A stretch of 63,068 nt of DNA, filler included. It is 4 parts of 4 records of this genome, joined end to end, with 100 filler letters (N's around TTAATTAATTAA, not from the genome) between each part and the next. Parts side by side here need not be neighbours in the genome. Positions count along the whole stretch, not along the records: positions 38,251 to 63,068 come from SRR31147125_3979; 3 more parts are not named here. The stretch is one strand, 5' to 3'. The position numbers were made by a program, and so were the translations under genes. Below, piece after piece: positions 51,393-59,959 of the stretch (within the stretch, counting starts at the first letter, position 1; the number at the start of each line of letters is the position of its first letter). Under the pieces are notes generated by a model. That model did not search any database, was not told the origin of the DNA, and saw only the letters and a list, made by a program, of their open reading frames with translations.

Positions 51393-52505
51393 ATGTCTAC
51401 CAAGCTACAGGGAACACCATCGGGACGAATTGTGTCAATCGACGCTTTACGCGGATTCGACATGTTCTGGATCACCGGCGGCGCAACTTTTATCGCAAGT
51501 TTTTTAGCACTCTTTAATCTACCTTTATTTGATTCATTATCACATCAATTTCACCATGTGGAATGGAATGGCTTTCGATTCTATGATCTGATCTTTCCAT
51601 TATTCGTTTTTATCATGGGCGTGAGTATGGTCTTTTCCTTTCATAAAAGAATGGAAAGAGGCGACAGTAAAAAAGAGCTTTACAAGAACGTGGTAAAACG
51701 AACATTAACACTCTTTGTCCTGGGGCTCATAAAAAACGGTCTTTTGGATTTCGATTTTTCAAATTTAAGATACGCCGGCGTATTGCAGCGTTTTGCATTG
51801 TGCTATTTTTTCGCGTCTATTATTTTTATAAATACAAATATTAAGGGACAAGCCATTTTTGCCGCGGCTATATTAATCCTCTACTGGGCAGCCATGGCCC
51901 TTATCCCTGTTCCAGGATTTGGTGCCGGCGTACTGACACCGGAAGGTAACCTGGCTGCGTACATGGATCGGCTTTTATTGCCAGGACGTTTTTGCTGTTA
52001 TGAATTTGGGGATAATGAGGGTTTGTTAAGCACGATTCCGGCCATCGCCTCCACATTGCTTGGTATGCTGACAGGTCATCTGCTAAGATCTTCTTTCTCA
52101 CAGATTAAAAAGGTACAATGGCTTCTGATAGCCGGTATATCGTCTCTTCTTCTGGCCAAACTGTGGAATTTTGCTTTTCCTATTAATAAGAATCTCTGGT
52201 CAAGTTCTTTTGTCCTCTATGCAGCCGGCTGGAGTTTGCTTTTACTGTGTTTATTTTATTGGCTCATAGACGTCCGTGGCTATCAGAAATGGGCGTTTCC
52301 ATTTATCGTGATTGGCCTCAATCCGATCACCATTTATGTGGCTCAGTCCCTTCTGGATTTTTCCATAATTGCCAATATCTTTATCCACGGTTTTATTGAT
52401 CAGTTGGGTATATTTAGTATGTTTTTTAAAGCCCTGAGCGTTCTCTCTGTAAAGTGGCTTTTCTTATACTTTTTGTACAAGAAAAAAATATTCTTAAAAG
52501 CATAA
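51393..52505 (+). CDS. HGSNAT/DUF5009-like membrane acyltransferase
   Basis: SIDALRGFDM, DLIFPLFVFIMG, GVLQR, EGLLSTIPA, PINKNLWSSSF, GLNPITIY; multiple transmembrane helices. Confidence 0.88.
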   Translation: MSTKLQGTPSGRIVSIDALRGFDMFWITGGATFIASFLALFNLPLFDSLSHQFHHVEWNGFRFYDLIFPLFVFIMGVSMVFSFHKRMERGDSKKELYKNVVKRTLTLFVLGLIKNGLLDFDFSNLRYAGVLQRFALCYFFASIIFINTNIKGQAIFAAAILILYWAAMALIPVPGFGAGVLTPEGNLAAYMDRLLLPGRFCCYEFGDNEGLLSTIPAIASTLLGMLTGHLLRSSFSQIKKVQWLLIAGISSLLLAKLWNFAFPINKNLWSSSFVLYAAGWSLLLLCLFYWLIDVRGYQKWAFPFIVIGLNPITIYVAQSLLDFSIIANIFIHGFIDQLGIFSMFFKALSVLSVKWLFLYFLYKKKIFLKA

Positions 52506-52528
52506 ATAATAGCTCATTGATACAAATA

Positions 52529-52567
52529 ATAAAGGACTGTAAAAACATCTTTTTTACAGTCCTTTAT
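52529..52567. terminator. Inverted repeat / intrinsic terminator
   Basis: ATAAAGGACTGTAAAAA-loop-TTTTTACAGTCCTTTAT. Confidence 0.75.
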
Positions 52568-52939
52568 ATTTTGTATTCCTTTATATTTAAGAACTTTTAT
52601 CAGGAACTCTTCTTGTCCAGGTTCTTAAGAAGAATGTCGTAATAACATCTATATCCAAAAAGCAATCCCCAATGGCAAGCCCGTCAAAAAGCCTTTTATT
52701 CCTTTGAAATTCGTCAAAGGCAGAGCGCTCAATAATAAAATGAGATCACTCCCGGTCACAATATAAATGAAATACTGTTTGAAAAATCAAAACATAATAC
52801 CTATTTTTTAACAATCAATTCACAGAATATTGCCAGTCAAAACTCTTTACCCGATAAAAACTTTTCTCTAACAATTCATCAAAAAAATCATGTCACTGTC
52901 TTTTTCCAAAGCTTAAACTAACTACAGGAACGCGTTATT

Positions 52940-55900
52940 ATGAAAAAATTATTTTTATTTCTATGCCTGTTTGTTTGTACAAGTTATTCGCAGGTCAGGA
53001 TATCTGAGGAGACAATAACACTTCCTACGTACGAAACCAAAAGTCCTGATAAAATTCCACTGTTCTATCGTCCCGAAGAGGTTCAATTGGCAGAAAAACA
53101 CATCTACCCCTATCCTTTTATTGATGTGTTATCCGGAGAAAAGGTAGACAAAACGTACAAAGCACTTATTCTGGAAAATGAGTATATCAAAATATGTGTC
53201 ACACCGGAAATGGGCGGGCGTCTGTATTATGCTATGGATAAAACCAACAACTATGATATTGTTTACAATAATCACGTTGTAAAACCAGCTTTGATTGGCA
53301 CCATAGGTGCATGGACATCAGGTGGGACGGAATGGAATACTCCCCACCATCATAGAGCGACAAGCTTGTTACCTGTTGATTACACCATGACCGAAAACGC
53401 AGACGGAAGTAAAACCATTTGGGTTGGTGAATATGAAAAAAGAAGCCAGACCCGTTGGCTGGTAGGTATGACTTTGGAACCGGGCAAGGCATACATCAAA
53501 CTCGATTTTAAAAGTGTAAATGTTACCACCTTTCAATATCCTGCTTTGTTTTTTGCAAATAACGCTATCCACGTAAATGATAACTATCAGTTTATTTTCC
53601 CTCCGGATGTTGAAATGATGAATTTTCATTATGTGACAGAATTTACCAGATGGCCCATTCTCAATCAGGTTTATCAATCTTATGACTATACGCACGGAGA
53701 AGACCTCTCCTGGTGGAATGCGGTAAAACAACCCACTTCTTTTTTTGTTACCAAAACCCATCAGGATTTTATGGGAGGCATCGACCATGGTAAAAAGGCG
53801 GGCATTGCCCTGGTTGGCGACCATCGGATATTTAAAGGCAAAAAACTATGGAACTGGGGGAAAAATGAAGTACAGCGTGTATGGGACCAAAAGCTAACGG
53901 ATAATGATGGGCCTTACGCAGAGCTCATGATGGGCTTTTATTCCGACAATCAACCGGATTATAACTTTGTAGCTCCGTTTGAAACCAAGTATGGTACCAT
54001 GTACATGTACGGCATCAAAAATCTGGATAATATGAAAGAGGTAAATAAAGATTTTGCACTCAATCTGGAACTGAAAGATCAAAAAGTTTTGGTGCAGATT
54101 AATGCCACTTCAATCCAGAAAAAGACGAGAGTCATTCTCACATCAAAAGAGCAGGTTATCTTTGATGAAAAAGTAGACATATCGCCTATCAAACCCTACC
54201 AAAAGACTATTGATGTTGGCAGTGATGTCGCTTACAAAGACTTGCGGCTATCCGTTCTTTCCATGCAGGGTGTCGAACTTGTCTCATGGCAAAAACAGCC
54301 TGCTTTGAACGAGCCTTTCCCCGAGACTTATAAAGATCCATTGGACCCGAGAAAGTATAAATCCAGTCAGGATTTATTCTTTGCTGGATTAAAAATTGAG
54401 CAATTCGGAAATACTAATTTCGATTATATGAAATATTATAAAGCAGCCTTAAAACTCAATCCCGATGATGTTTTGACCAATACTCAAATAGGGACCGTTT
54501 ATTTAAAAAGACGCGAGTATGAAAAGGCAGAAAACCATTTAAAAATCGCCGTGGATGTCGTCACAGGAAACCACAAAAAAGCTCAAGATGCTACATCGCT
54601 CTATTATTTGGGTGTATGCTACATGAAACAGGGGAAAATTGAAAAAGCCCTTGATTTACTTTATCGCTCAACATGGGCGTATGAGTGGACATCAGCAGGT
54701 TATACGCTCATTGCTCAACTTGAAGCCTCGCAGAAAAACTGGAGCAAAGCATATGATGCTGCCGATAGAGCCTGCAAAGCAAACACCCAAAACGTGGAAG
54801 CTCTCATTGCAAAAGCCATTGTTCTTCGTCAACTGGGGGCATACAAAGATGCACTCAGGACCGTAGAATATGCACTGTCCGTTGATCCTCTATGCTTTGT
54901 GGCAATGAACGAAATGAGACTTTTGAGCTCCAAAATCTCTGATGACAAAAATTCTGCAAAATACCCGACTTTTAAAAATCAACTTCGCACAGAACCTTAT
55001 AATTACATAGAAACAGCAACGCGATATAGTCAGATGGGATTGTTCATGGATGCGGCAGATGTGATGAACATGGCAGCAAAGTCCAGCTCAAAAAAGTTGA
55101 ATTTGTATCCGATGACTCATTATCATTTGGGCATGTATTTAGCATTGGCAGGTCAGCAGGAAAAGGCTGCCCGGGAATTGCAAAAAGCGAGTAATCTTTC
55201 GACAGACCTTTGTTTTCCATATGGGGATGAATCTGTGAGAGTGCTAAAGTATGCCATCTCTAAAAATAGCAACGATGCAACCGCATACTATCTATTGGGT
55301 AATGCTTTGGCCGACTTTCAGCACGAAAAAGCCGTAACATACTGGAAAAAATCGGCTAAAAGTAAAGATAAAGAATCAATAATTTATCGTAATATCGCTT
55401 ACATACAGGCAAATCACCTGCGTGATATGCCCAATGCGTTGTCAAATATCATGAAAGCAATTTCCCTGAATCCAACCGAACCACGCTACTTTCGCGAAGC
55501 AAACCTCTATATGTCCTACGCAAGTCTGACAGCGCAGCAGCTCTCCGACTTTCTTGCCAGGTATGGCGCAATGGGTAAAGACATTGTGGAAATTCAGCTT
55601 ATGGAAATCAAATTAAATAACTTTTCCGGCAAATATGAAAAGGCACTTGCTTTGTTGGAAAAAATGAATTACCACATAGAAGAAGGTGCCAGATTCAATC
55701 CGCATGTTTTATGGTTTGATGCCAATCTACAAACTGGTATTAAACACATGAAAAACAAAAAATATGCACTGGCTGAAAAAAGTATTCTGAAAGCAATGGA
55801 ATTTCCAGCCAATTTGGAGGCCGAGCGTGATGGAAAAATAGGTATTGCCTATTATTACCTCGGCTTAAATGCCAGGTTAGCAAAAGATGCTGCAAAAGCA

Positions 55901-56311
55901 GAATCCTGCTTTACAAAGATGATAAACTATACATATAATAAAGGCTGGGGAGCAGGGGATTTCCCCGAACTGGACTATTTTAGAGCATTAGCATCGATCG
56001 AACTTGGCAATGATAAAAGCGAAGCCGAAAAACTATTTCAAAAGCTGATCGACGATGGGAAAAAACGTATCATCCCGGTTAAAGACAGCCGACATATGAC
56101 GGTTACTGTTGAGGATGCTCATGCGGGACGAACGTTCCTTCTTGAACATGAACTTGGCAGGAAAAGCCTGAGAGTATCCTCATACTATATGCAGGGTTTG
56201 GGTTATTTAGGCCTTGGTGATAAAGAAAAAGCCCATTCGCTTTTCACCAAAGCTTTGGAAATTGATCCTTTGAATGTTGACGTCAATTTGATGCTTCAAA
56301 CTCTGCAATAA
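52940..56311 (+). CDS. DUF5107 domain + TPR repeat protein, secreted
   Basis: IYPYP, LENEYIKI..PEMGGRL, VVKPALIG..GAWTSGGTEWN.P.HH, GKKLWNWG, GPYAELM, NQPD; TPR-like helical C-terminal half. Confidence 0.88.
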   Translation: MKKLFLFLCLFVCTSYSQVRISEETITLPTYETKSPDKIPLFYRPEEVQLAEKHIYPYPFIDVLSGEKVDKTYKALILENEYIKICVTPEMGGRLYYAMDKTNNYDIVYNNHVVKPALIGTIGAWTSGGTEWNTPHHHRATSLLPVDYTMTENADGSKTIWVGEYEKRSQTRWLVGMTLEPGKAYIKLDFKSVNVTTFQYPALFFANNAIHVNDNYQFIFPPDVEMMNFHYVTEFTRWPILNQVYQSYDYTHGEDLSWWNAVKQPTSFFVTKTHQDFMGGIDHGKKAGIALVGDHRIFKGKKLWNWGKNEVQRVWDQKLTDNDGPYAELMMGFYSDNQPDYNFVAPFETKYGTMYMYGIKNLDNMKEVNKDFALNLELKDQKVLVQINATSIQKKTRVILTSKEQVIFDEKVDISPIKPYQKTIDVGSDVAYKDLRLSVLSMQGVELVSWQKQPALNEPFPETYKDPLDPRKYKSSQDLFFAGLKIEQFGNTNFDYMKYYKAALKLNPDDVLTNTQIGTVYLKRREYEKAENHLKIAVDVVTGNHKKAQDATSLYYLGVCYMKQGKIEKALDLLYRSTWAYEWTSAGYTLIAQLEASQKNWSKAYDAADRACKANTQNVEALIAKAIVLRQLGAYKDALRTVEYALSVDPLCFVAMNEMRLLSSKISDDKNSAKYPTFKNQLRTEPYNYIETATRYSQMGLFMDAADVMNMAAKSSSKKLNLYPMTHYHLGMYLALAGQQEKAARELQKASNLSTDLCFPYGDESVRVLKYAISKNSNDATAYYLLGNALADFQHEKAVTYWKKSAKSKDKESIIYRNIAYIQANHLRDMPNALSNIMKAISLNPTEPRYFREANLYMSYASLTAQQLSDFLARYGAMGKDIVEIQLMEIKLNNFSGKYEKALALLEKMNYHIEEGARFNPHVLWFDANLQTGIKHMKNKKYALAEKSILKAMEFPANLEAERDGKIGIAYYYLGLNARLAKDAAKAESCFTKMINYTYNKGWGAGDFPELDYFRALASIELGNDKSEAEKLFQKLIDDGKKRIIPVKDSRHMTVTVEDAHAGRTFLLEHELGRKSLRVSSYYMQGLGYLGLGDKEKAHSLFTKALEIDPLNVDVNLMLQTLQ

Positions 56312-56658
56312 AATAATAGAGTAGTACCTGTATACCGGGGATGCTTAATATAGCTATTTCACGGTACCAGGGCATCAGGATTCGGTTACAGGAGGTTGGG
56401 TCGCTTTCAGCACTTGAGTAACTCTGCCTCCGTGATTGAAAGTCTGGCAATTGAATAATGAAGATGATTCAAGATTTCTGACCAATTATATCGGTTGTTA
56501 TGCCACAAGAAAGAGCTTCAGAACACCTGTTTCACAGCACGGTAGCTTTTGATAAAGCATCACGGTTGACTCGAACATGACCAGCTTGTTTTTCCCCTTT
56601 TTGGTGCGATTTCCTGTTACTTTTATTTTTCCTGCCGATAAAAAGCGCCTTTTACTAT

Positions 56659-56702
56659 AAAAAAAACGTCTTGTGTGCTCCTTTGCACACAAGACGTTTT
56701 TT
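56659..56702. terminator. Bidirectional intrinsic terminator downstream of the porV-like gene
   Basis: AAAAAACGTCTTGTGTGC-TCCTTT-GCACACAAGACGTTTTTT. Confidence 0.85.
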
Positions 56703-56771
56703 CATATTCTTCTGTAATCATATCAAATTCAATTTTTAGTCGGCAGTTTTACACAAAAATAATCCACATAA

Positions 56772-57785
56772 TTAAAAAGATCCTTGTAAAGAAACACGCA
56801 TGACAGAGCCCAACAAGCTGCCAAAATCGCCATAGGAGACATCGACTCTGCCGGCAAAGCCTAAATTATTCAGCTTGAGACCTGCACCGGCACATAATCC
56901 GCCGACATCATCCTCACTACGTTGGGCAGCCCATCCTGCTCGTAGATCAATCAATTTCATTAAAGAATATTCTAATCCGATGTTGAAATACTCTGGCCTA
57001 TTCCGAGGATCCACTCCCTCCACAGCCAGGGTTAACAAGTTTTCTGTACTGGGTGCAAACGGTAAAAGCTCAAATAAATTAGCCGAAACACCAATCCGAT
57101 AGGTTTGAGGAAGCTGGAATTCTTCGTTTTCATAAAGTCTCTGACCGGAATAATTTCTGATGGACATTGTCACCATGACACTTCTTATGCCGGTATCGTA
57201 CATTGTGCCAAAATCAAATGCGGCACTATTTTCTTTATTGAGTTTACCTTCTTCTTCAATAGCACCGGCAGAATAGACATCATTTTCACCTAACTTTTGA
57301 TTGACCCATTTTACGGCACCTCCGATACTAAATTTGTCTGTCATTTGAATGCCATAAGATAGACCAAGTGAAAGACCGGATACATCGCCAGCATCAATAT
57401 CAGCATAACCTCGAACATCTGTTTCGTCAATTACTGTGCCATTGATATCACCATAATCCATCACTTGAGCATTTATGGCAAAGACACCATAGGATGCTAA
57501 ATTAATAGAGACAGCCATGTGAGATACGCTCATGTCAGCCAGCCAACTTGTATAGTTGAAAAAGAATGCACGATCTTTAACAGTGGCAAGTCCTGCCGGA
57601 TTATAAAATGCACTGGCTAAATCGCCTTGAGCAAACCCAAACGCCTCGGCCATACCAGCAGCTCGTGCACTACCGCCGATACTCAGAAAAGTCATCCCTG
57701 CCTGGCCCAATTTTTTCATATCGGCAGTTGCCGGCAATGAAGCCAAGAAGATCAGTAATAAAGACAGAGTCCAAATTTTTTTCAT
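56772..57785 (-). CDS. PorV/PorQ-family outer-membrane beta-barrel
   Basis: FLSIGGSARAAGMAEA, FYNPAGLA, WLAD, DFG, LPQTYRIG, C-terminal Phe; RBS GGAGG before ATG 57785. Confidence 0.85.
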   Translation of the reverse strand: MKKIWTLSLLLIFLASLPATADMKKLGQAGMTFLSIGGSARAAGMAEAFGFAQGDLASAFYNPAGLATVKDRAFFFNYTSWLADMSVSHMAVSINLASYGVFAINAQVMDYGDINGTVIDETDVRGYADIDAGDVSGLSLGLSYGIQMTDKFSIGGAVKWVNQKLGENDVYSAGAIEEEGKLNKENSAAFDFGTMYDTGIRSVMVTMSIRNYSGQRLYENEEFQLPQTYRIGVSANLFELLPFAPSTENLLTLAVEGVDPRNRPEYFNIGLEYSLMKLIDLRAGWAAQRSEDDVGGLCAGAGLKLNNLGFAGRVDVSYGDFGSLLGSVMRVSLQGSF

Positions 57786-57815
57786 GAGTTTTACCTCCAT
57801 TTTACCCTTTGAAGG

Positions 57816-57844
57816 AAAAAAGTGGCGCAGAAACCGCGCCTCAC
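57816..57844 (-). terminator. Intra-operon terminator-like hairpin before the porV-like gene
   Basis: Minus strand GGCGCGG-TTT-CTGCGCC-AC-TTTTTT. Confidence 0.55.
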
Positions 57845-57852
57845 CTACTTGA

Positions 57853-59895
57853 CTATCTGACGATAATGAATTTGTCTACATATTCACCTAATTCACTATC
57901 GACCGTAAAAATGTAGACATCACTCACGAGATACTGGTTATATTCTGTACGTAGATCCCATGCTTCATTACCGCTGCCATCTGTATGTTCAATTTTATGA
58001 ACGTAATCTCCATTGCTGCTGAATATTGTTATAGTACATTTTCCAGGTAAACCGGTAAAGAGTATCTTGTTTGGCTCACCTGGAAAAGTGAGCCCTCCAG
58101 CGTTATAAGGATTAGGCACGACCCTGATCTTTTCCAGGGCAGATTCGCTAGTAATGGGCGCCGCAGTTGGAGTAACACCTTCAGGAGCCCATCCGGTCCA
58201 GCACCAGAACCGTCCACTTTCCAACGAAACACCCGAGTCTTCCCAATTCTGTGTTCCATCATCGTAGGCAACCAGGTAATAAAAATATTGAATACCAGAA
58301 CTCACATCCGTATCAATAAAGCTATTATCCTGACCATCGTAAATTCGATGGTAGACGCTGTCCCTGGCTCCGACTGCCCGATACACCCGGTAGCCGGCAA
58401 AGTCATTAACACCAGTATCAAAATCTGTCTCTTGTTCAGATTCGGAGGTCCACTCTAGAACAATTTTCGGGCCTTCAGCTCTCACCTTAAACGTGGCTGG
58501 TGGACGTGGCGCATCAGGCACATCAAAAGGACCACGACCGCCCTTATCTCCGCTGACATTCCATCTCGCAATGTCCAGGGTTTTCAATACCGAATCCCTT
58601 CCGGTTTTAAATACTGTTTCTACCTCATCCATAATCGGGCCCGAAGCGTTAGCTTTAACGACTTCGGCACCTAATCTAAAACACTCCTCCATACTCATGC
58701 CACCAGCAGCCCAGACAAAAGTGAGATTAAAATCTTCACCCGGTCCGAGTGTGTATGGACCATAACTGGTATAGCCGCTGGGCCTGGTAATAGATGGATC
58801 AACTTCCCTGTGAGGTGTATTGAGCGGCCAATGGGAGCCCTCATTAAAGATTAACTCATACTGATCCTGCATGGTTTTTGGCACTTTGCTTAAATCATAA
58901 TTTCGCTCATGCCCGATGATTGTAGAGTGTGGCTGTGTTGGATCATCTGAGGTATCGGTCGCACTCTTGTCCGCATGTAGTGCACCATAAGCAATCCAGG
59001 CGGGTGATAGTAATCGAACCCATCGTGAATCTTTGCTGGGATCAGCCCAGTCTTTTTCAGCAGAGCCCGGATTATCGCCATCATAAAATAAATATAACCG
59101 GCGCTCATCGCCAAAGGGTTGGATAAATTCACCAACTTCATCGTCTCTTCCCTCTCCATAAGAAAATTGTCGGCCAGAGTGTGAGTTCCAGGGATTGCCG
59201 GTTTGAGCCCACCAAAAATCATATATGGTCTGATTCGATAATACTGTTTCTGTTTCATTCATTCTTCCGGTGTTTTTAAAATTTAAATCCCATAATATGT
59301 AATCCTGGTGTTTACGGCTGCTATAGGCATAAGCCATTCGGGTATAGGTCACACCCATGCTGTAATCCCATATGGACTCCACAGCTCTTTCGGTGATTAA
59401 ATTCGGATCAATTCTTGCATTCTGGTGCACCTGGAGATAATTATCACCTGCATCGGGGATAATATCGACACCATTGACAATGACATGGGGCGGAACCCAT
59501 CTCTGAATTTCCGTTTGATTAACCGGGAAAAGTTGCGTCATATCTGTCCATGCAGTCCACGTGGGGAGATATTCGTAATGATATGTTCGGTACATACCTG
59601 AAGTCCAAAAAGGATATAAAACACCATTAGGGCCGGTCCAGTCTTTACACCCTGCAAGCGTGCCCAGCTTTCTCATATTCGCATCCCAGAGTTCCCTGGT
59701 ACCGCCGAAAGCTTCAATGGGATATCCACCTGGCCATGCAACCTGGCCACCCCATCCTTCTGCTCCGTCATACTCGCAAATCATCCATAAACGTCCGATT
59801 CTCAAATAGGCTTCTGCTGTATTAGCGAAAACCTCAGATAAAAACACAGCAAGCAAGCCTATACAAAGCCCTGCTATGATTAAAATATGCTTCAT
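57853..59895 (-). CDS. Uncharacterised secreted protein with FN3-like domain and T9SS-type C-terminal sorting domain
   Basis: Signal peptide; PDAPRPP..LEW..DFAGYRVYR..YFYYLVAYD (FN3-like); C-terminal IRVVPNPY..FTGLP..IFSSNGD..WDL..VYIF..KFIIVR. Confidence 0.75.
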   Translation of the reverse strand: MKHILIIAGLCIGLLAVFLSEVFANTAEAYLRIGRLWMICEYDGAEGWGGQVAWPGGYPIEAFGGTRELWDANMRKLGTLAGCKDWTGPNGVLYPFWTSGMYRTYHYEYLPTWTAWTDMTQLFPVNQTEIQRWVPPHVIVNGVDIIPDAGDNYLQVHQNARIDPNLITERAVESIWDYSMGVTYTRMAYAYSSRKHQDYILWDLNFKNTGRMNETETVLSNQTIYDFWWAQTGNPWNSHSGRQFSYGEGRDDEVGEFIQPFGDERRLYLFYDGDNPGSAEKDWADPSKDSRWVRLLSPAWIAYGALHADKSATDTSDDPTQPHSTIIGHERNYDLSKVPKTMQDQYELIFNEGSHWPLNTPHREVDPSITRPSGYTSYGPYTLGPGEDFNLTFVWAAGGMSMEECFRLGAEVVKANASGPIMDEVETVFKTGRDSVLKTLDIARWNVSGDKGGRGPFDVPDAPRPPATFKVRAEGPKIVLEWTSESEQETDFDTGVNDFAGYRVYRAVGARDSVYHRIYDGQDNSFIDTDVSSGIQYFYYLVAYDDGTQNWEDSGVSLESGRFWCWTGWAPEGVTPTAAPITSESALEKIRVVPNPYNAGGLTFPGEPNKILFTGLPGKCTITIFSSNGDYVHKIEHTDGSGNEAWDLRTEYNQYLVSDVYIFTVDSELGEYVDKFIIVR

Positions 59896-59959
59896 TTAAA
59901 GTCCCTCCTGTTATTACCAATTTGACGACGGACATGTTTGATATCAATGATAACAACTT

